Source: Sphaerodactylus townsendi (lineage: Eukaryota). Taken from it: a stretch of DNA of 64,000 nt. The stretch is taken from contig NC_059426.1 in assembly GCF_021028975.2 (NCBI RefSeq), positions 139,934,001 through 139,998,000 on the forward strand, written 5' to 3'. This document shows, piece by piece, positions 1 to 11,738 of the stretch. The first letter of the stretch is position 1, and each line of letters begins with the position of its first letter. The position numbers and the translations under genes are program-made. The notes beneath the pieces were generated by a model, which was given only the letters and a program-made list of their open reading frames with translations, had not been told where the DNA came from and did not search any database.

Positions 1-880
1 CATTCTGTACTGGTTCTGGTTCAGTTGAGTCTGGTGTACGATGTCCAGTTGCAGCTTAGATTTGTTGGGAATTTCTCCTCAATAAATATGCATATGATTT
101 CTGTTTTAATCTGTTTTTAGGTCCCTGTCCCTCTGTTCCACATACTGTGATGTAAATACAGAAGGGTAGCTGGAAATAAAAGGGATAGATTTCATTTCTC
201 TGCTCTCAATGGCCTGAAACGTTGATGGCAAATGTTGATATACATTTTAAAGTAAGATTTCAAAATGTGTTCAGGATGAACTGGGTGAATACAGAGGGTT
301 GGTGTGTAACCTTGTCACCTTGTTTTAGGAATCATATTCCTTTACTTTCAGTCCCTTATTCTTTTTCTTCTGCAGTTCTTCAGTAGCTAGAACTGCCAAT
401 CCAACGATTTAGGCAAAACCTGTTTTTTTTAAAAATGGATGACTTGTACCAACCATTGTGAATATACCTGTGGACCATATGAATACCTTATCCTCTGAAG
501 AGATTTTTGGGGGGGATAGCCCTCAACTTTGATCCAATAGAAAATTTTGGCTGAAAGAAGGGGGCAAATGTTTGCCAATTATTCACTTTCCCTCTCTTTC
601 TCTGCACAGTTGTGGCGAACATTCATTCTGTCCCCTATCCCATTTGAGCATTATTTGGGGCTTCAGTAGGAGATGAGGGATTCTAATTCTTTGGCCAGAA
701 ATCCCTTACATCAGTAGAGATTTTCCATATGATACAAGCCATACTAAAGAAATGTTTGATTTTATATAAAATAAATATTTGGAATTATGCAATTAATTCC
801 TGTATAAATAATGCCATAAGTACGTTCATTTACAAAATTTAAGCATGGAACAAGAATTTTTGAAGTTCAAATATAACTTT

Positions 881-985
881 ATAGCATCATAGAGTTGGAA
901 GGAGTCATACAAGCCATCTAGTCCAACCCTCTGCTCAATGCAGGATTAGCCTATAGCAGCTCTAACAAGTGTTTGTCCAGCTTCA
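881..985 (-). mobile_element. CR1 LINE 3' end fragment
   Basis: atagcatcatagagttggaagg...catctagtccaaccctctgctc is the typical reverse complement of a CR1 3' UTR. Confidence 0.7.
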
Positions 986-1341
986 GTCAGTGTCTTAAAA
1001 TTTATGGGATACTTTAGTCTGTGAGCAAGACTGATAATCAATGTAATACTTGTCCTAAAAGTAATAACTACTTGGTGGGTATTATATGGTGAAAATCAGT
1101 TTGAACATTGATAAAAAGAATTGGAAGCAGATTGCTGTCCTCAGGGGGGATAAGTCCCACTCTCTCCATCTTGATGTACTGGCTGTAAAAATGAGGTCAG
1201 AGTTTCTGTTAATTACTGTAAGTACTGTAAAACATTAAACACACCACAAGGTTCATCCTTCCACTTGGTTGTTCATTCCCAGAGCTCCAAGGAGTTAATG
1301 TTATGCACCTTCCAACCTCTTGGGGTGCTGTGGTAGAGGTA

Positions 1342-2294
1342 CCATATATACTCGCGTATAAGCCGAGTTTTTCAGCCCTGTTTTAAGGCTGAAAAATGCC
1401 CCCTTGGCTTATAAACAAGTCACTGCTTACCAGCCGGCTCTTCAGGCCTGTGCCGAGGCTGGGGGCGTGGCCGGGACGACCTCCCTGTGGCTGCACAAGC
1501 CACTTTTGCTGCCCTCCTCGGAGGGTGAAGGGGAACCCTGGCTGGCTGGGCTTCCTCAAACCCCTGGAGGCAGAGAGAGCTCCTTATTTGGGCAGTGACT
1601 CCCCGTGATCTCATTGCCAAAATAAGGAGCTCTCTCCACCTCCCCTCTGGGTTTGAGGAAGCCCAGCCTGCCGGGAGGTGGAGGAAGCTCCTTATTTGGA
1701 CAATGACATCAGGGGGAGTCACTGCCCAAATAAGGAGCTCCTTCCACCTCCCAGCTGGCTGGGCTTCCTCAAACCTAGCCAGGAGGTGGAGGGAGCTCCT
1801 TATTTGGGCAGTGACCCCCCCCCTGATGTCATTGTCCAAATAAGGAGCTCCCTCCATCTCCCGGCTGGGTTTGAGGAAGCCCAGCCTGCCCGGAGGTGGA
1901 GGGAGCTCCTTATTTGGGCAATGACATCAGGGGGAGTCACTGCCCAAATAAGGAGCTCCCTCTGCCTGCCAGCTGGCTGGGCTTCCTCAAACTATCAGGA
2001 GGTGGAGAGAGCTCCTTATTTGGGCATTGACTCCCCCTGGTGTCATTGCCCAAATAAGGAGCTCCCTCCACCTCCAGGTTGCCTGGGCTCCCTCAAACCC
2101 AGCGGGGAGGTGGAGGGAGCTCCTTATTTGGGCAATGACATCAGGGGGAGTCACTGCCCAAATAAAGAGCTCCCTCTGCCTCTCAGCTTCCCACCTTCGG
2201 CTTATACACGAGTCAATACGTTTTCCCAGGTTTTGGTAGTAAAATTAGGTGCCTTGGCTTATACACGAGTCGGCTTATACACGAGTATGTATGG
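1342..2294. mobile_element. Non-autonomous Tc1/mariner-superfamily (Tc2/pogo-like) element with an internal palindromic array
   Basis: TIRs ccatatatactcgcgtataagccga ... tcggcttatacacgagtatgtatgg, with TA on both sides (1340-1341, 2295-2296). Confidence 0.85.
1540..2190. repeat. Array of six about 108-bp hairpin units in alternating orientation
   Basis: ggagctccttatttgggca and its reverse complement tgcccaaataaggagctcc alternate about six times each. The spacers flip orientation from unit to unit. Confidence 0.9.
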
Positions 2295-5200
2295 TACATA
2301 TTACACACAATGCATGTTTCTGCTGCATTTCTCATTGTCTTCTGTGATTTCTGCAACACACTTGAATGGCACTGGCGTCAATGAAATGTGGAAAGGGACA
2401 GAGGAATTGAAGAACTTACCCAGCACCTGGTCACCTATACTGCTACTGTAGATTCCGTTGCCTCCTTTAAAAAATAGTTAAATGTATATACTGATTTAAA
2501 TGTGTAAAGTATTCTAAGAGTTACAGCTGTAAAATAAAAATGTAATGATATCAAACATTGCCTAAAATACTAAAATAAAGTTACAAATGACACCACAATA
2601 AAGATAATAAAGACAAAAAGGAATGGAGTTGCAATAAAAGCAGTCATTAACATGACAGTTCCTTGCATGAACTTGACTAATGGAATGAAGTGGTTTTCAT
2701 TAATTTCCAAAATTGGATATTTATTTATTTATTATATTTATATCCCACCCTATCCCCTTAGGGTGGGTCACAACATACGTGAAGAACATGGGCAAAGCAT
2801 TCCATCACATTAGTGCAACCACTAAAGAGTCCCTGTTACTGGTTGATATTAATCTGTCTAGTATCTTGAACAGGACCTTCCTTACCTGCAGACTTTAGAG
2901 AAATACCTGTGGCTTCAATATTTAGTTCTTTAAAGATCAAAAACAGCACCCAGGATCTGTGTTTTTTTTCACCTGGCCTTGCCTGAAAATAATTGAAGCC
3001 ATGGCACATGAAAGTATGGATTCAGTTATAATTCTATTTGAAGGAGTCTGATTGAGTCCCCAGGAAATATGTGAAGGACTGCATTGGATGCCTGAATACT
3101 TAGACATTTTTATGTTGGGTATGCTTTATTTCTGTTCAGCAAGTAAATGTAGTAATAAATTTTTCTCAAGTATGTAGTTAGGTTTTGAAAGTGACTTGGG
3201 GTTTTCTTTTTTTAATAAACAATAATGATAAATACACAGAGGCCTATTTTGTAGTAGGGGTATGATCTGAACAAATTGCATATTTACCTGGAGGTCTTCT
3301 TTAATTATGATTGTATAATCTATTTAAGATGACTATAAAGACAAACTTCAGTATTATTTTAGAATAGATTTTCAATCCTTTGTTCTGGAAAACGCTGAAG
3401 TTTCCATTAGAGTTAAAATATGTTGTATATTTACAGAAAAACTGAAGTCTTAAGATGTAGACGTGTCTCTTTTAATTGTTTGAATTATGAGAAGATCTCA
3501 TTTTTGCTTAAGGATACACAAATGTACCATTAGATCTGTTTTTGAAGATTTCTTCCAGNNNNNNNNNNNNNNNNNNNNNNNNNNNNNNNNNNNNNNNNNN
3601 NNNNNNNNNNNNNNNNNNNNNNNNNNNNNNNNNNNNNNNNNNNNNNNNNNNNNNNNNNNNNNNNNNNNNNNNNNNNNNNNNNNNNNNNNNACACAGATGA
3701 CAGACTATGGGGCCTAAAAAATTTTACTTGGTGAATTTATTAAAAGCAGCTTAAAAAATTAATGGAATTTAACTAAAGTTGGTGAAAATGAAAATCTTAT
3801 GTTAGCAGAAAAAAAGTCTTTATTGGAACTTTCTTTAAGACCATCTTGCACTGAGTTTTTTGACAGATTTCATCAGTACTTAAAGAAGGAGGATGCATGA
3901 ATGGTCATTTAAAAGGATTTAAACACATTGGCACATTAATTTTTACATGAATAATAAGTAGTTTCCAAAAGCAATTAACTTACAGTGAACAAGATTTGAA
4001 TAGAAAAATAAGACCATGACATTAAAGGGCAAAGTAAATGTGCTGTACATTTTAAAATTAGTAATAAGAATGCTAACACAATAATTGAATTCATACCTGC
4101 CAGGGGCGTAATCCTGATACAGATTTTATCCATTTTCTCTATGTGTTAAGCATTTGAAGATTAATGAGATAAGCACATTTTGTTGCCAAAATCTAATGAA
4201 GAATGACTAAACCACACCATTGAAAGTTCATACTTTCCCCTCAAACTGTACATTTTAAAAAATTAAGTAATTGGTTGGTTGACTTTTAGTTGTTTGGATA
4301 GAGAATTCTGTTTTTCTTTGATATGTTTTGTGTTCTTGTTTTGCCTTCTCAAAATGCTGGCAAATTTAACCATATCCCTTCAAAAGGAGTCAGTGGTTTC
4401 ATCCCTTCCCCCCCCCCCACCCCAGTGTCCTTTCTTTATATAAGGAATATTAGTCATTTGGATAAATATTAGCCAGCTGAAAAATATATAATAGCAATTA
4501 GAATTAAACCCTTGAGTTAGATCTAGATCTAATGCAATTGATTTCAGCTCCTGTCCAACTCAGGATAGTTTTGTCTAGATCCCATTGATTCCAAAGGTAT
4601 CAACTAGATACCAACTAGCTTGCCGTTCACTGGGTTTTAAGGAAGATTATTGTGGCATGAACTGTAACATTGTGGTATGAAATGAAACATTATGAAATAA
4701 TTTAATACTCATTTTGCTCTGCTCCTCAAATAAATTGCTCTGGTGTTTACAGTGTTTCATTTGTATAACTTTTCATCCCTTTATTTAAAATCTTGGCCAC
4801 TATTAAAGATTATTTTGAATAATAAAATAGTAAAATAATAATAAAACTAGATTGCTAATTATGAGGTAATTTTTTTCCCTTCGTGCACTTATGAAATATT
4901 ATGATATTTATGTTGCCCCTTGTATGGATTCATTACTGATTAGTAGTGGATGCTTAGTTTTTTGGCATCAAAACCATTAAGGTTTTTTTATATATGTATA
5001 AAATAGGAATCCTTATTTTTTTGGGAAAGATATACAGCAGTGTCCCTTTTATGATTTAAGGCAATCTGTGTGCTCCAAGAATAGACTGAAGTCCTTTGGG
5101 AGTTATTTTGTTCAAATGTGAATATAATCTCTCTGTAAGGAAAAAGTATAAGACGCAGCATGTCCATTGTCCTGCGTGATGAGTGAAGTCTATATTTTTG

Positions 5201-6134
5201 TGGGTATTTACATTGAGAAGCCATTTCAGAATCTGTGTTTGTTCTGTCCAGTAATAGACCTTTGTATATTTTTTCTTACATGACAGCATGAACATGTATT
5301 TTCCTAGACAGAGTTTATATCTGTGAAGGGGAAATATGAATCCTTGTTAGATCGTCAGGACTTATTCTCATGAAAAACTGTGGTCATTTGAAAATTAGCT
5401 GAGTCCTGTCAGCAGTTTGCTAAGGCTATGGCTGTATTTGTGTATGCAAAATGCAAGACTGCCTTTAGCTTTCAAGGTCTCTAATGTTTTCTCACCTTGT
5501 GTTTTCTCATTCTGCAAACTAGTGTGGCTATTTGAATGGATATTCATAGTACATATCCAGGAGAGGGCAGCATTTTCCTATACCAGGTGTATAAAAGAGC
5601 ATGCCCTGCTTAGACTGCCAANNNNNNNNNNNNNNNNNNNNNNNNNNNNNNNNNNNNNNNNNNNNNNNNNNNNNNNNNNNNNNNNNNNNNNNNNNNNNNN
5701 NNNNNNNNNNNNNNNNNNNNNNNNNNNNNNNNNNNNNNNNNNNNNNNNNNNNNNNNNNNNNNNNNNNNNNNNNNNNNNNNNNNNNNNNNNNNNNNNNNNN
5801 NNNNNNNNNNNNNNNNNNNNNNNNNNNNNNNNNNNNNNNNNNNNNNNNNNNNNNNNNNNNNNNNNNNNNNNNNNNNNNNNNGTATGACTGTATATTGTGG
5901 AGGGATAAAATTGTGGTTTTAAATAGTATATTACTAGGCGCTTTAAGGCCCTAAGACATGGTTTAAAATACTCCAGAGGTTATTAAAGACTGTATTTTCT
6001 TCATCTCTTGCTATGTGAATACCTTATTAAAAGACTGCAATTATTGTGAACCTTTTTGTGCAATATGTTGAGAAAAGGGTTCATTGATTTAAACATATTT
6101 CTTTGATATTAATAATAACCTTCTATATTTTCAG

Positions 6135-6293
6135 CTAATCCAAAAGTAAATGAGAAACTTGGCAGGGGGAGGGGGAATTGCCAACCCCAAATCAGCACAG
6201 TTACGTAGAAATGAAAAAAAGGGGGGGGGGAAGAGTCGAAGCTACAGCTTCATCTGATAACTTTTGTAAGGAAGTTAGATTGCTAGTTATGAG
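6135..6293 (+). other. MIPOL1: Probable upstream (5' UTR or N-terminal coding) exon of MIPOL1, with alternative donors after 6265 and 6293
   Basis: Acceptor ttctatattttcag ends at 6134. Donors are TTT|GTAAGG (6266) and GAG|GTAATT (6294). ATG 6211 is open to the 6294 donor and joins the next exon in the MIPOL1 frame. No transcript evidence. Confidence 0.5.
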
Positions 6294-7205
6294 GTAATTT
6301 TTCCCCTTCGTGCACTTATGAAAAGAAAGCCCCTTCAAAACACTTGTCCTGCTTTCATTGTGTACTCTTAGAGTTTAAACACCAGCTGCAGTAGCTGTTA
6401 ATTCTTGACTTAAAATAAAAGTTTTCACTTCTGAAAATGAACTTATTGTGAAATGCTGCAGACCATTAGTGTAGACCCAACTTGTGACCTCTCTAATTTT
6501 TTAATTTAGCTTTTGCCATCTTAGGGCATTTATTAATAATATGAAAAAGTTTCCTTTTTTATTTCATATTAATAATGTAGCAATGTCAAGGGCAATTTTC
6601 AATGGATTTCAATGATATTTCATATTAGACCCAGTAACATGTTTCTATACCTGAAAAATTACTGCATTTGAAAATATTTTGGGAATTGTTATCTCGTGAT
6701 GATTTATATATATTTATTCACACATACACACTCAGCCCAATAGGGCTGTACCAACCCAAACCATGATGTGGCATAATCCTGTAAACATACACTGCCATGT
6801 ATGTTTACAGGGAAAAGTGTTTTTTTTTAGTGGACCTTCTCAGTCTGATGTTTAGCCATTCTTGCTAGAATCAGGGTTGGATAACTAAAATGCTTTTCAA
6901 CACCATCATGAAATGCAACAGAGAGCTGAATAAATCACTATATAAACCGAAAGTGTGAACAAAAAAATCTTTTACGGTGAAAGTCAAATTAGTGTCAACT
7001 GTTTAAATAAACAGTTTTTATTATCCTGCTATAAACATTTTTTAGTCATTTGTCTTGTAAATTCTCTGACAAATAAGGGCAAGGTATAGGCGTGTTCTGA
7101 TATATTGTTTTAAGTTTATTTATCTAGACTTGGCTTTATTTTAGCTGTGAAATCTTGGAGCAAGATGCAGAGTCCTTGCCAGCTCAAACAAGTTCAGAAA
7201 TACAA

Positions 7206-7224
7206 ATGAAGGACTGGTCAAAAG
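7206..7224 (+). CDS. MIPOL1: MIPOL1 start exon coding part (exon 7145-7224): MKDWSK + 1 nt
   Basis: Acceptor ctttattttag ends at 7144. ATG AAG GAC TGG TCA AAA G|GTGAAA gives 19 coding nt. This resembles the mammalian N-terminus MENWSK as I recall it, and phase 1 fits the next exon. Confidence 0.75.
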
Positions 7225-7750
7225 GTGAAAACTGCTGAGGTACCGAACCTCTGGTAGAGGTTACACCAATGTTAGGTGTGGTCTGGAATGCATTTATTCT
7301 TGTTGGTAGGTAAAAGTTACTTTTAAAAAAAACCTCCCCCCCCTTGAAATGAACATAGTTTCCAATATATTACTTCAATACAGATTTTTTTAAAACTTTC
7401 TGTGATATAATACATGTAACACTGTTTTTCCTTGTACGTTTTATTTCTGTAGGAACCTTTCCTTTGTTTCAAATAAGTTAGATTTCAGTGATACTTATCC
7501 CTTGGCTACTTTCTGCCACAGTCCAACATCTTTGCGTAGACAGGCACATCTTTTTTCTCCAGTGTAATAGTTTGCCTCCTAGATGTTCTTCCANNNNNNN
7601 NNNNNNNNNNNNNNNNNNNNNNNNNNNNNNNNNNNNNNNNNNNNNNNNNNNNNNNNNNNNNNNNNNNNNNNNNNNNNNNNNNNNNNNNNNNNNNNNNNNN
7701 NNNNNNNNNNNNNNNNNNNNNNNNNNNNNNNNNNNNNNNNNNNNNNNNNN

Positions 7751-9167
7751 ATAAATTTTTTATGGGGGGGTTCGGGGTGGGGCCACACCCCCACCCGCCC
7801 CAGGGCATGGCCACGCCTCCCCAAGCCCCGCCCCTGGCCTAGCGCTTATAAAAGCAGCTCTCCGAGGTCGGGGATGGCAGACTCCCCTGCCCTGCCCTCC
7901 CCTGCCCCTCCCCTCTGGGCTGGAGGCATAGAGGGGGAAAATGGAGCCTGGTGCAAAATCTGAGTTTTGCGCCCCCACCTCACCCTGGGGCAGAAGCTGC
8001 TGTGTGGGATGCAGGAATCCCACCCCCAAAACAGCATCACTTTCAATGGTAAGTTTTAAACTAGATCCACCTTAAAGGGAGAATCTGGGGTCCCCTGGTT
8101 AGAAACAACTGATTGAAAGTGATGCTGTTTGGGGGTGGATTATCCCCCACCCTAAAACAGCATCACTTTCAATGTGGCATAGTGGTTAAGAGCAGGTGCA
8201 TTCTAATCAGGAGGAACCGGGTTTGATTCCATGCTCTGCCACTTGAGCTGTGGAGGCTTATCTGGGGAATTCAGATTAGCCTGTGCACTCCCACACACGC
8301 CAGCTGGGTGACCTTGGGCTAGTCACAGCTTTTCATCCCCACCCACCTCACAGGGTGTTTGTTGTGAGGGAGCAAGGGCAAGGAGATTGTAAGCCCCTTT
8401 GAGTCTCCTACAGGAGAGAAAGGGGGAATATAAATCCAAACTCTTCTTCTTCTTCTAAACTGAGGACCTCAGATTCTCCCTTTAAATCCATGCCGAAGGG
8501 GGTAGATTTAAAAGGAGAATCTGGGGAAATTTGGGGGGTGCCTGCTGTCAGGGGTGCAGTGGTTAAGCTAGAAGCACCAAACTTTCAGGGTATCTTTAAG
8601 AGTCTCTCCTAATGATACCACCCAGGTTTCATGAAGTTTGGTTCAGGGGGTCCAAAGTTATGGACCCTCAAAAGTGTAGCCCCATCTCCTCAGCTCCCAT
8701 TGGAAACAATGGGGGATGGGGGCACCCCCTTTGGGAGTCCATAGCTTTGGACTCCCTGGACTAAACTTCACAAAACCTGGGTGGCATCAATAAGAGACTC
8801 TCCTGATAGTACATCCCAGGTTTGGTGAAGTTTGGCTCAGGATGTCCAAAGTTATGGACCCTCAAAAATGTAGCCCCCATCTTCTATTAGTTCCCATTAG
8901 AAACAATGGAGGATGGGGCAACCCCTTTGGGAGTCCATAACTTTGGACCCCCTGAACCAAACCTCACTAAACCCGGGTAGTATCATTAGGAGAGTCCCCC
9001 AAACAATCCCTGAAAGTTTGGTGCTGCTAGCCCAAACATTGCACCCCCTGCAGGCCAAAAACCGAAAAAGCACTAAAACATTTTAAAAACCCACGAACGG
9101 GTGGGCGGAGCTTCGGACATGAATGGGAGGGGTTCAAACCCGAGAACCCCCCTTACCTACGTGCATG
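7751..9167. mobile_element. Non-autonomous hAT-like DNA transposon, left end hidden in the N gap 7594-7750
   Basis: Right terminus ...cccccttacctacgtgcatg. Internal direct and inverted repeats (aaacagcatcactttcaat; ggaccctcaaaa..gggagtccataactttggac twice). Nested SINE. Confidence 0.65.
8174..8456 (+). mobile_element. tRNA-derived SINE (Squam3-like) with (CTT)n tail
   Basis: Pol III A box tggcatagtgg, B-box-like gggtttgattcc, core ctgggtgaccttgggctagtcac and tail cttcttctt. A second copy is at 33489-33790. Confidence 0.85.
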
Positions 9168-9545
9168 ATTTTATACCCCACCCTTCCCGTCAGAGACTCA
9201 GGGCAGCCAACATCTAAAATACAGAATCAATTTAAAACCAATAAAACCAACACATAATTTACTAAAATATACAGTGTTGACTTCTGTAAACCACCAAGGG
9301 GAACAGGTGAGATAATATCCAGCAAAAGATACAAAATGGCTGAGAATGGTGGGGGGGGACCAGATGAAAAACTGTAACTGTCTCAACTATATGCCTGGTG
9401 GAATAGCTCCATCTTTCAAGCCCTGCAGAACTGTGTTAGGTCCCTTAGGACCTGGTTCTCATTAGGTAGAGCGTTCCATCAGTCTGGGATCAGGGCAGAG
9501 AATGACCTGGTCCTGCTGAGGCAAGCCAGATATCTTTTGGGTCAC
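9168..9545 (-). mobile_element. L2 LINE 3' fragment
   Basis: tttatacccacccttccc...ctcagggcagc followed by gcctggtggaatagctcc...agagcgttccatcagtctggg is the typical reverse complement of a squamate L2 3' end. Confidence 0.6.
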
Positions 9546-11587
9546 GGACCCTAAATGATAGGTGGATCCTAAGCACTGAGATAGCATGGGTCCAAGCTGC
9601 TTTATACTAAGTCTTCTAGCTCTGCTTTGCCTACTGTGTTTAGCAGCAGCTCACCAATATCAGAGGAAGGTATTTCCCTATCATTATTGCAGAATGTAAT
9701 AGGGTTCAAACCTGGGACCTTTTGCATGGATACTCAGCCACTCTGAGCCAAGGTCCCTCTTGTCCAGCTGTGTGCATGTGTGGAGCTCTTTTACAAAAGA
9801 AATAATTTCAGTGATCACAAGAGGAACCAAATATAGACATACAACTAACTTTACTTCCCAAAGAGCTGGTTGGTGCAATTATAGCTTATTCAAGAGCTCC
9901 ATCTGAGATATTTCAGTAAAGTGAAGGATAGGATATAGTCTGTGAAGCATTTGTTTGCCTGTACGGTTGTTCCTGTTTGCCTCTAAGGTCTTGTTTCTGT
10001 ACTGATACATCCTCTGACTAAATCTCAATGCATGATCATTTCATATGGGATTTCTAGCTTGTTCAATACATTGTACAGCAAAAAAAAAGGGATTAAAACC
10101 TTACGAATATAAAAGTGTACAAATGGAGATTTGAAAATTTTTTAGAGTGGTCTTGTTGGCTTCCAAGCATTAGACAGTCACATTGGTTTTTCACTAAAGA
10201 TGGACTTCAGGAACTGTATTATCTTCATTTTTTTATAATGTCTAGAGTGTGATGGAAATAAGAGAAAGTATATCAACATAAATCACTGCATCCTTTTTCG
10301 TTCCCCATCATCAGCAATTTTTAAAAATCTCTACTCATAGGGTTCTTTTTGAAGAATGTCTGTGTAGGTCAAAATTTTGGACAGAAGCACCCTATACATT
10401 CTTGGCTCAGCAACAATAAGAATATTATAAAAATGGGAAGGCAGTCAGACTATGTCAGCTGTGGCTTGCAAATTGTATATAGCTGTGGTGTTAGAGTTTC
10501 AGGCATGGAGAGTTTATTGGTTAGCAGTGCCCCCTATATGATGCTGATCCTATTAATTTGCAGAAAGATAGTGTCAAAAGCAGCCTCCTGCTTTGGCTTT
10601 CATTCTGCTAGTCATTTTAAAGATAGAGTACTATGAAGGAACAAAGAAACTGAGAGAAACGGGGGTTATTAAAGCTGGTGACTGGGACTTGAGGTTTGAC
10701 ATTGGGAACTGGGTTCTGGGATCATATATGTTACTCTTGACCACGATTCAAGCCAGGAATCCCTGATCCATCTGCTGTTAACTCTTTGTGGTTCATTCTA
10801 CCAGGCTATGGAATATAAGCACAAGGGACAGTATTACTTTTCTTCTTTCAGTGTATGGGGGGGGGGGGACTGGTTTGAATCATGGCCAGTTCCCTATCCT
10901 AGCATATCTTTACCCCTTTGAAATACATCTGGGCCTCCTGAAAAATATGTCCAAGTCACATCATGGATCTTTGTTTGCCAGACAACAGCCACATTCAGGC
11001 CTTGCTTGTTTGACTTCCAAGCCTTGATCCAGGTATTTTCATCTGTCAGCCTGCCTACTCTCATTTGTTCCTTGGCCTAATCTGTCAGCATCCCTATTGC
11101 TTACTTGCCTTCCCCTTTGCTTGCTCAGTGCTTATGCCTTTGGTTCAGTCCTTCAAAGGTGATATTTCATAGTCCCGATCCTGAGTTTCAACTGATTCTA
11201 CTGAAGTGTCAACTGTCCTATGTACTTGCCCCATTTGTCTTCAGTTCCAGTTATGCAAAGAATCACCATGTGGTTGACAGCCAATGTTCCAATGCAGTAA
11301 GTTCACCTGATTAATCCTTCTCTAAAACAAAGGGTTTTCTTTAACTTTCCTTTCTGTGACAACACCCACATTCTGTGGAGTTTGGATTGGAGTGTGGTTT
11401 GAAAAGGAATATGAAATCCTGCTAAAATTATCTAGCATGCTTAGAGCACTGAGCCTTCCTACTCTTCTGGGAACATGGTGTATTGGCAAGTCAGTTAACA
11501 TGGAATTAACACATTCAAATATGTGAGTGGGAAGAAGTGTTGGGAATTGGATCATAGACAAATTGGATCTATTGCTTGATCTTGTAT

Positions 11588-11738
11588 GGCCCCTTCCGCA
11601 CATGTGGAATAATGCACTTTCAATCCACTTTAACAGTTGTTTGCAAGTGGATTTTGCTATTCTGCACAGTAAAATTCAGCTGCAAAGTACATTGAAAGTG
11701 GATTGAAAGTGCATTATTCTGCATGTGTGGAAAGGGCC
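11588..11738. mobile_element. Palindromic PIF/Harbinger-type MITE
   Basis: Long TIRs ggccccttccgcacatgtggaataatgcactttcaatccacttt ... aaagtggattgaaagtgcattattctgcatgtgtggaaagggcc. A related copy is at 30587. Confidence 0.85.

Noticed and set aside
1540-2190. CRISPR-like repeat/spacer appearance
   Set aside because: The spacers are themselves repeats in alternating orientation, the array lies within TIRs, and the DNA is vertebrate with no cas genes.
1396-2451. Overlapping ORFs up to 257 aa with repeated peptides on both strands
   Set aside because: By-products of the palindromic array in the MITE; no transposase motifs.
6215-6221. A AAA AAG -1 slippery heptamer in the ORF starting at 6150
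   Set aside because: Reaching the MIPOL1 frame needs a +1 shift, not -1. A homopolymer length error is the simpler alternative.
7770-7870. GC boxes plus TATAAAA resembling a core promoter
   Set aside because: It lies inside a transposon, downstream of the start exon, with no evidence of use.
8174-8245. tRNA-like A and B boxes
   Set aside because: SINE head; no full cloverleaf, and it continues into the SINE body and tail.
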